Positions 6,909 through 12,357 of a stretch of 12,357 nt of DNA are shown piece by piece. The stretch spans positions 1 to 12,357 of the forward strand of contig NZ_JAQFIQ010000058.1 of the NCBI RefSeq assembly GCF_029504745.1. The letters are read 5' to 3'. A program made the position numbers and the translations under genes. How positions within the stretch are numbered: position 1 is the stretch's first letter; each line of letters begins with the position of its first letter. The notes beneath the pieces were generated by a model. It was given only the letters and a program-made list of their open reading frames with translations. It searched no databases and had not been told where the DNA came from. The DNA comes from Breznakia sp. PF5-3. Its GTDB lineage: Bacteria; Bacillota_I; Bacilli_A; Erysipelotrichales; Erysipelotrichaceae.

Positions 6909-6960
6909 GTTGTGGCTAATCAACTACAAATTATTTCCTTGACAATTCATAGTTGGTCTC

Positions 6961-7551
6961 CTAAACAAATACTCTTTTTGCATATACAACTTGACCTAGA
7001 ATTCTTACAGGCAGGACAACTACTTCATTTCTATTGAACGTCCTCATAGGCACAGAAGGGTTCGATGCTGTTAAAATGATTAACTCATCTTTTTTCTCAA
7101 AACGCTTAATTGTTACTTCCTCTCCAACTAATACTACAGCTATTGAATGATCAGGAACTTCATCAATTTGCTTTACGTATACTAAATCGCCATCAAATAT
7201 TCCATCACCTATCATTGAGTCACCTTTAACTTTTAAGAAATAGTCGCCTCTTTTCGCCTCAATTGTATTGACTTCCTCGTACCCTAACACATCTTCATTA
7301 GCATAGTGATCATATCCTGCTTTAACTGTACCTAGAATTGGCTTTATTAACTTAGTAGTTTCATCCTCTAATACATGTACAGATACTCCTAACAATTCAG
7401 CCAGTTTTATCATTTTTTCTTTTGTTATTTTCGTTGTGGATCCACTTAACCATCTATAAACACTTGAAACACCTACATCACACCCTTCAGCTATGTCTGA
7501 AGAAGTTAAATTTAGTTTTTCCATTTGTTTTTTTATAACATTTACGTTCAT
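6961..7551 (-). CDS. LexA/CI-like repressor: XRE-type HTH fused to an S24 self-cleaving peptidase domain
   Basis: N-terminal HTH (LTSSDIAEGCDVGVSSVYRWLSG). A candidate Ala-Gly cleavage site lies in GTVKAGYD. The S24 catalytic Ser is in VKGDSMIG and the Lys in EEVTIKRF. SD is AAGAGG, 7 nt before the ATG. Confidence 0.88.
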   Translation of the reverse strand: MNVNVIKKQMEKLNLTSSDIAEGCDVGVSSVYRWLSGSTTKITKEKMIKLAELLGVSVHVLEDETTKLIKPILGTVKAGYDHYANEDVLGYEEVNTIEAKRGDYFLKVKGDSMIGDGIFDGDLVYVKQIDEVPDHSIAVVLVGEEVTIKRFEKKDELIILTASNPSVPMRTFNRNEVVVLPVRILGQVVYAKRVFV

Positions 7552-7578
7552 ACAAAAACCTCTTTACTTTCTACCTTG

Positions 7579-7607
7579 ATTTTATCATTAATTTTATATA
7601 TTTGCAA
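7579..7607 (-). promoter_or_regulatory. Candidate sigma-A promoter of the repressor gene: TTGCAA-17-TAAAAT
   Basis: On the minus strand, -35 TTGCAA (7607-7602), a 17-nt spacer, and -10 TAAAAT (7584-7579), about 25 nt upstream of the start codon. Confidence 0.45.
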
Positions 7608-7619
7608 TTTTTGGTTTAT

Positions 7620-7647
7620 ATTTATTGTTTTTTTCTCATTTATTGTT
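7620..7647. repeat. Two copies of ATTTATTGTT (7620-7629, 7638-7647) in the divergent promoter region
   Basis: Exact 10-nt direct repeat with 18-nt periodicity. The second copy overlaps the candidate -35 of the polymerase promoter. Confidence 0.5.
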
Positions 7648-7674
7648 GATTTTTGAGAATATCGGGTGTAAAGT
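7646..7674 (+). promoter_or_regulatory. Candidate promoter of the polymerase operon: TTGATT-17-TAAAGT
   Basis: -35 at 7646-7651, -10 at 7669-7674, followed by SD AAAGGA and the ATG at 7700. Only a moderate match to consensus. Confidence 0.3.
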
Positions 7675-7699
7675 GAAAGTACAGAAAGGATGAAAATAA

Positions 7700-8962
7700 A
7701 TGAATAAGGACAGAGTAATATTACATTGTGACATAAATCACTGTTACGCACAGATAGAAGAAATGCTCAGTCCAGCATGCAGGGATGTTCCGATGGTAGT
7801 CGGTGGAAACGAGGAAGCTCGACATGGCATTATTCTAGCTAAAAATTTGAAGGCAAAACCATTTGGAATTAAAACTGGAGAGCCAATTAGGGATGCGCTT
7901 AGGAAGTGTCCAGGATTATTTGTGATCCCTCCAAAGTATGATAAATATCAATACTATACAGAGAAGGTAAAAGATATCTATAGAGAATATACAGATCGAG
8001 TAGAGTCATTTGGACTTGATGAAGCTTGGCTTGATATCACAGGATCTCAAAGCCTTTTCGGATCAGGTGAGCAAATTGCTAAAGAAATTCAAGATCGGGT
8101 TTTTGAAGAATTAGGTCTTACAATTTCTATTGGAGTTAGTTTTAACAAAATTTTTGCTAAACTTGGATCTGATATGATTAAACCAAAAGGACTAGTTATC
8201 ATAGATGAAGAAAATTACAAAATAAAAGCGTGGAAGCTTCCTGTTGAGGATTTATTAATGGTTGGTAAAGCAACCCAAGATAAAATGAATAAACTTGGTA
8301 TCTTTACAATTGGAGACTTAGCAAAAACTTCAGTAAAATTATTGGAGAAGAAGTTTGGAAAAATAGGAGTATTATTGTGGAGTTATGCAAATGGTTCTGA
8401 AGACTCTCCAGTTGATCCTACAGTTCATAAACGCACGCCTAAATCAATCGGAAACTCCTGGACTACACCAAAGGATATTACAAATTTTAGAGAAGCTAAA
8501 ATTGTTTATGAGCGTTTATCTAATTCCGTTGCCTGCAGGTTAAGAGAATCAGGATATAAAGGCAATGTAATTCATATTAGTATCAGAGATACGAAGCTAG
8601 ATTCATGTACTAGGCAAATTAAGATTGATCATTATACAGATACTGCTAAGGAAATACTACAGATAGCCATGAATTTATTAGATGAGAATTGGAATAGACA
8701 GTTTCCTCTAAGAAGTATCGGTGTTGGTGTTACTGGCTTAAAGCCTTTTACAACGCACACGCAATATGATTTATTTGGTGAAGTTGAAGAAAGAGAAAAT
8801 GAAACAAAAGTTGAAGTTGTTGTTGAGGCAATTCGATCAAAATTTGGATTTTTCAAAATCGATAAATGTTCTGCCTTATTAGATACTCGGCTTAGTAATG
8901 TGGATCCTAAAGCTAACCATACTATATTTCCTGTTGGTGTATTAAAAGGTAGTATTAAATAA
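7700..8962 (+). CDS. Y-family DNA polymerase (UmuC/DinB/ImpB-type translesion polymerase)
   Basis: ILHCDINHCYAQIE (catalytic Asp region), FGLDEAWLDITGS (DE motif) and SIGVSFNKIFAKLGSDMIKPKGL (conserved AKL.S...KP.G). 420 aa. Confidence 0.92.
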   Translation: MNKDRVILHCDINHCYAQIEEMLSPACRDVPMVVGGNEEARHGIILAKNLKAKPFGIKTGEPIRDALRKCPGLFVIPPKYDKYQYYTEKVKDIYREYTDRVESFGLDEAWLDITGSQSLFGSGEQIAKEIQDRVFEELGLTISIGVSFNKIFAKLGSDMIKPKGLVIIDEENYKIKAWKLPVEDLLMVGKATQDKMNKLGIFTIGDLAKTSVKLLEKKFGKIGVLLWSYANGSEDSPVDPTVHKRTPKSIGNSWTTPKDITNFREAKIVYERLSNSVACRLRESGYKGNVIHISIRDTKLDSCTRQIKIDHYTDTAKEILQIAMNLLDENWNRQFPLRSIGVGVTGLKPFTTHTQYDLFGEVEERENETKVEVVVEAIRSKFGFFKIDKCSALLDTRLSNVDPKANHTIFPVGVLKGSIK

Positions 8963-8964
8963 AT

Positions 8965-9204
8965 ATGATATTTAAAAAATATGTAAAAGTAATTGCCTTA
9001 TGCGATGAAAACGGAAAGCTTACACCAGGATATATAGTTTGGTTGAATGGACAAAAATATAGAATTGATAAAATTCATGAAATTAGAAACGCTTCTTCTC
9101 AAGCTGGTGGTTGTGGCGTTTTATATGTTTGCTCAATTAATGGAAAAATTAGAAAATTATTCTACGAAGTAGATAAATGGTTCATTGAAAGTACACGGCC
9201 ATAA
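8965..9204 (+). CDS. Hypothetical 79-aa protein coupled to the Y-family polymerase
   Basis: The ATG is 2 nt after the polymerase TAA and shares its terminator. No family recognised. Confidence 0.6.
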   Translation: MIFKKYVKVIALCDENGKLTPGYIVWLNGQKYRIDKIHEIRNASSQAGGCGVLYVCSINGKIRKLFYEVDKWFIESTRP

Positions 9205-9225
9205 ACACAACTCTATAGACAAAAT

Positions 9226-9255
9226 AAAAAAGATCTTCAAATGAAGATCTTTTTA
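9226..9255 (+). terminator. Rho-independent terminator of the polymerase operon
   Basis: AAAAAGATCTTCA-AA-TGAAGATCTTTTT: a near-perfect hairpin followed by a T-run, 22 nt after the stop codon. Confidence 0.8.
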
Positions 9256-9434
9256 ATATCTTATATAAATCTCGATAAAGTTAAGTTAAATAGCAATGTA
9301 TGTATCGATATCTATGAAACAATACATATCATAGACATTCAACACACAAAAGCAAGAATTATATAAGATAACTATAATATATCATAAAAAACGACAAAAT
9401 CAAGTATTTACAAAAATAATATACCATGAATTTC

Positions 9435-10136
9435 TTAGATTGAGAGCACTCGTCTACAGCTAGTTTCAAAATATTTTGTACTATACTCGATGCCAACATA
9501 ACATCTATTCAACTTCTTGGCTGCGACTGCTGTCGTTCCTGATCCTAGAAAGCAATCTAGGACAATATCTCCTGGTTTACTGGAATTACTAATCAATGTT
9601 TCTATAATATTCAATGGTTTAATAGTCGGATGATCATATACTTTCTTATCCTTAACATTAGTTGGTGTAATCCAATATGTTTTCCCACTTTCATATGTTG
9701 TAGAAAGTGAAATCCCTTTTCTAAAATATAGACAAAACTCTTTATCATTCATATAGTTTCTACCAAAAGTAGGCACTGGATTTGATTTAATCCAAACTAA
9801 AATTTCAAAAGAGCATTTATGTTTTCCAACAAAGAAATTTAAATATTGTACTATTTGTTTTTTGTTACACCAAATATATATATTTGGTTTCTTCATAACA
9901 CGCATAAATTCATCAAGAATACATGAGTTTATTCCTGAAGTAATTCTTGCTTCTTCTAAATCATGTGTTACCTTCTGTAAAGCCTTTGATATCTTTCCTG
10001 ATCCTTTCCCTGAAGAAGATGCAATTTCATAGGGCGGATCTGTTACAATCAAATCAATTGAGCAATCTGGTATATCTTGTATTAACTTATAAGCATCGCC
10101 TAAATAAATTGTATTTTTTTTGAATTTGCTTATCAT
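9435..10136 (-). CDS. Beta-class DNA methyltransferase (N6-adenine/N4-cytosine family, DPPY motif)
   Basis: Catalytic motif IV LIVTDPPY lies near the N-terminus and the AdoMet motif I DCFLGSGTTAVAA near the C-terminus, which is the beta-class order. DPPY favours m6A. The start ATG is directly abutted by AGGAG (zero spacing), and a TAG two codons upstream rules out an earlier start. Confidence 0.88.
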   Translation of the reverse strand: MISKFKKNTIYLGDAYKLIQDIPDCSIDLIVTDPPYEIASSSGKGSGKISKALQKVTHDLEEARITSGINSCILDEFMRVMKKPNIYIWCNKKQIVQYLNFFVGKHKCSFEILVWIKSNPVPTFGRNYMNDKEFCLYFRKGISLSTTYESGKTYWITPTNVKDKKVYDHPTIKPLNIIETLISNSSKPGDIVLDCFLGSGTTAVAAKKLNRCYVGIEYSTKYFETSCRRVLSI

Positions 10137-10251
10137 CTCCTATCTTTTTTGTTCGAACTTGTACTCATATTATATATACAAAACTCATTTATTATCAGTC
10201 TTGACTTTCGATATTTTAAAATGAATAAAGCAATAATCATTCGCTTTCAAC

Positions 10252-11667
10252 CTAGATAGAATCTATCTTTTTTAATTTTATTCTTCCTTCAAGAATCAAC
10301 TTGTGAAATAAATTTTTTCCATGATCTTTATTATCTAATGTCTTTCCATATGCACGTAGCAATTTACTGACACTCTCCAGTAATTCTGTTTCATATAATT
10401 CTTCATTATGCTTATATGTTGGTGGAATACCATAGCAGATAATTAAATTTAACTTTGATGCATAAAGGTTAAACGTATCAAATATACTTTGAAAATATGA
10501 ATAATCAGCATCTGCTAGTGAATGCCCATAAAAGTAAATTTCTTCGGGTGGCGAAGAAGCTTGAATCACTCCATTTGCTTCACTGTTTTTATTATTAAAA
10601 GCAACTCTAAATGTTTTTGTAAACTGAAGAGATACTGGATTTACTTTATCAGGATCTAAGTTCATCCCATCTACTCCAAAAATGATTTCTCCTTTTCTTC
10701 CATAATCATCATGAAGAAGTGAGCCGTGAATGTTGGTGTATGAATCTACATAGTCGTTTAAAGAACCAGGGTGAGTATAATTAAAACTTAATAAATCTAG
10801 TCTCCAGCCGTAGGTCTTTGCATCCTCTGTAATTTCTTTCATAAGCCTTAAAGCAGTACTCTCATATTGAGATTTATTTTTATTAACTACTTTTATTAGG
10901 TAATCATTAAATTGATTCTCAAATCGAATCAACTCCCTATTTAATATTCTATATTGTTGATCTTCATCTTCATATATAAACTCATGGTTAAAGTTGGTTA
11001 GTGCATATCTTGCTTTATATATCCATGTTGCATGTATAAATCCTAAAAGATGCGAATAATTAGCTTTTCTAGTATCATAACTTTTTCTTGATGCTCCAAA
11101 CCCTTCATCTGCCATTCTTAAATACTCTTTTATCCAATCATTATATGAATCAAAATAGTCTTGCATGTTAATGAAACAGCAACTAGATTTTTTTTCTTTT
11201 TTTTCGTTTGAATTCTCATCATAATCATATGGAAAAATAAAATCTTTAATTACCGCCTCTACATCAGACCAATTTTTAATACCTTTTCCTAAAGCTTTGT
11301 TACATTCCCTTTCATTCAACATAAAAAAGAGATTCCAAAAATTTAAATCGTCTTCTGTTTTAATTGGTTTATTATCAAAAAAATTATCAACAGTCTCAAT
11401 AGCTCGTCTAACATTATAATTAAAATCTACTCTCTCTACTGTTGTATATCCACCATTAGCCAATTGAGTAGTTTCTGTTGATGTAGCGTATAGATCTATA
11501 GTTTTTATCATATCATAATACTTTGAATGTCTTCCTTGTCCTTCCAATTCTTTTTTATTAAGTAAATCTATACGGTTATTCATATAGCTAAAGAATGATC
11601 CAAAACCACTTTCCAAATCACAAGCTAGATCAAATCCATTACCAATAATAACTAATTTGCTGTTCAT
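10252..11667 (-). CDS. AbiH-family (abortive infection-like) protein, 471 aa
   Basis: The N-terminus KLVIIGNGFDLACDLESGFGSFFSYM matches the AbiH signature (IIGNGFDL..gL.T.Y.dF). The C-terminal IYFYGHSLADADYSYFQSIF matches the second conserved AbiH block (GHSL...D..YF). SD is AAAGGAGGATATT-ATG. Confidence 0.72.
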   Translation of the reverse strand: MNSKLVIIGNGFDLACDLESGFGSFFSYMNNRIDLLNKKELEGQGRHSKYYDMIKTIDLYATSTETTQLANGGYTTVERVDFNYNVRRAIETVDNFFDNKPIKTEDDLNFWNLFFMLNERECNKALGKGIKNWSDVEAVIKDFIFPYDYDENSNEKKEKKSSCCFINMQDYFDSYNDWIKEYLRMADEGFGASRKSYDTRKANYSHLLGFIHATWIYKARYALTNFNHEFIYEDEDQQYRILNRELIRFENQFNDYLIKVVNKNKSQYESTALRLMKEITEDAKTYGWRLDLLSFNYTHPGSLNDYVDSYTNIHGSLLHDDYGRKGEIIFGVDGMNLDPDKVNPVSLQFTKTFRVAFNNKNSEANGVIQASSPPEEIYFYGHSLADADYSYFQSIFDTFNLYASKLNLIICYGIPPTYKHNEELYETELLESVSKLLRAYGKTLDNKDHGKNLFHKLILEGRIKLKKIDSI

Positions 11668-11694
11668 AATATCCTCCTTTTATTTCACCCATAA

Positions 11695-11703
11695 ATTATA
11701 TCA
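11695..11703 (-). promoter_or_regulatory. Extended -10 promoter TGATATAAT upstream of the AbiH-like gene
   Basis: Exact TGnTATAAT on the minus strand, 27 nt upstream of the ATG and immediately after a terminator T-run. Confidence 0.4.
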
Positions 11704-11736
11704 AAAAAAAAACTATTTTCACAATGAGAATAGTTT
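11702..11736 (-). terminator. AT-rich terminator hairpin with T10 tail (minus strand)
   Basis: On the minus strand AAACTATTCTC-ATTGT-GAAAATAGTTT (one C.A mismatch) is followed by TTTTTTTTTT. Confidence 0.4.
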
Positions 11737-11749
11737 ATATATCCAAATG

Positions 11750-11796
11750 CAAAGTAAGGTAGGAAGATAGGAAAGGGATATTTATACCTTACTTTG
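11750..11796. repeat. 12-bp perfect inverted repeat CAAAGTAAGGTA / TACCTTACTTTG with a 23-nt purine-rich loop
   Basis: Arms at 11750-11761 and 11785-11796. The loop is GGAAGATAGGAAAGGGATATTTA on the plus strand, which is pyrimidine-rich and anti-SD-like on the minus strand. Confidence 0.55.
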
Positions 11797-11866
11797 TAAT
11801 TTATATTTTAACATCTTTATAAGATTTAACAAGATATTTTCTAAACATGCTCTAGCAGTCACTTCT

Positions 11867-11989
11867 CTAATTGCAATATAAATTAATAAAATTTTCGTTC
11901 GCTAAAATTATAAATATTATCATTGCTTCTCCAAATGTAACATTATCATCATTTAAATCAATCAGTATATCGTATATATTATCGTACAT
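11867..11989 (-). CDS. Possible 40-aa small ORF (MYDNIYDILIDLNDDNVTFGEAMIIFIILANENFINLYCN)
   Basis: Strong SD GAGGTG 5 nt before the ATG. Acidic N-terminal half and hydrophobic C-terminal half. Too short for homology judgement. Confidence 0.25.
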   Translation of the reverse strand: MYDNIYDILIDLNDDNVTFGEAMIIFIILANENFINLYCN

Positions 11990-12357
11990 ATAATCACCTC
12001 ACTATATATATATGTAACACCAAAAAAAAAGCCTAAAAAAGTCACTTAATAGTAACCTTTAAAAACTAGTTTTATTAGTATGAAAATAAATAAAATCAAA
12101 CTTAAATACATCCATATTTTGGGATATTTGCTCCATTTCTTTATAATCATCATATCCAGAGTATATATTAGTTAAAGTAAACACAATTAATATGTAAATA
12201 TTATTCTTGGTTGGAACAATAAACAACACTTCCAAAAGTAATAAATTCTTCAAAAATTTTATTGGGAACTGCAACAGTTTAATTGACAACTAGTTAAGAT
12301 ACATGTGATATTTGTTGTTGGTACTTATAGGGTGTCATCATAAACTTGGTATGAATA

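Larger units (their letters stand above)
5505..6962 (+). mobile_element. IS110-family insertion sequence (about 1.45 kb), no terminal inverted repeats
   Basis: It contains a DEDD-type IS110 transposase with a roughly 190-nt non-coding left end. TCTCCT occurs at both inferred junctions (5505-5510 and 6957-6962). The left flank AATCATACTTCTCCT resembles the right end ATTCATAGTTGGTCTCCT. Exact ends are uncertain by a few nt. Confidence 0.75.

Noticed and set aside
6939-6944. TTGACA in the IS110 right end as the -35 of a circle-junction promoter paired with TATAAT at 5522-5527
   Set aside because: Under my junction model (TCTCCT shared) the spacer in the circular form would be 29 nt, and about 23 nt at minimum, not 17. 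A reconstituted junction promoter is therefore not supported. The TG-extended -10 alone may drive expression. This would need revisiting if the true ends differ.
7552-7699. Canonical Firmicutes LexA (Cheo) box GAAC-N4-GTTC in the divergent promoter region
   Set aside because: Neither GAAC nor GTTC occurs in this interval. The only GTTC/GAAC palindrome in the vicinity of a promoter is GTTCGAAC at 10151-10158, which has the halves in the wrong order.
7548-7751. 67-aa minus-strand ORF
   Set aside because: It covers the divergent promoter region and the 5' end of the polymerase gene and overlaps the repressor start. It has no SD. The region is better explained by promoters and operators.
12059-12289. 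76-aa minus-strand ORF
   Set aside because: It has a TTG start, no convincing SD and a low-complexity hydrophobic AT-driven sequence. It could be a small membrane protein, but I cannot support that.
1-12357. CRISPR arrays, rRNA/tRNA genes, retron or DGR-type reverse transcriptase systems
   Set aside because: No regularly spaced direct repeats, no reverse transcriptase motifs, and no cloverleaf or rRNA-like GC-rich structured segments were seen on either strand.

Overview
Very AT-rich (under 30% GC by eye) accessory DNA with Firmicutes-type Shine-Dalgarno sites. It looks like the integrase-proximal end of a mobile island rather than core chromosome. From left to right: (1) A decayed roughly 2 kb segment (203-2290) holds two small unknown ORFs and a graveyard of IS200-like and IS3/rve-like transposase fragments. 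It is bracketed by a 22-nt direct repeat with a GC-rich core. (2) A large serine recombinase gene (2471-3772, minus) is itself bracketed by a 12-bp perfect (20-bp imperfect) inverted repeat. (3) A tightly coupled DUF2971-like plus SRAP (SOS response-associated peptidase, MCGRF N-terminus) gene pair lies at 3947-5454 on the minus strand. (4) An IS110-family element (about 5505-6962) has a structured 5' non-coding region that is a candidate bridge RNA. It sits exactly at the stop codon of (5), an HTH-S24 LexA/CI-like self-cleaving repressor (6961-7551, minus). (6) Divergently transcribed from that repressor are a Y-family translesion polymerase (7700-8962) and a coupled 79-aa ORF. (7) An AbiH-family abortive-infection-like gene and a beta-class DPPY DNA methyltransferase follow (9435-11667, minus), preceded by a structured leader region. 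The most interesting candidates for undescribed biology are the DUF2971-SRAP pair embedded in an SOS-like cassette, the AbiH-methyltransferase pair, and the IS110 bridge-RNA candidate, whose 8-nt segment is complementary to its own insertion junction. All family calls come from motif recognition by eye. No database searches were run.
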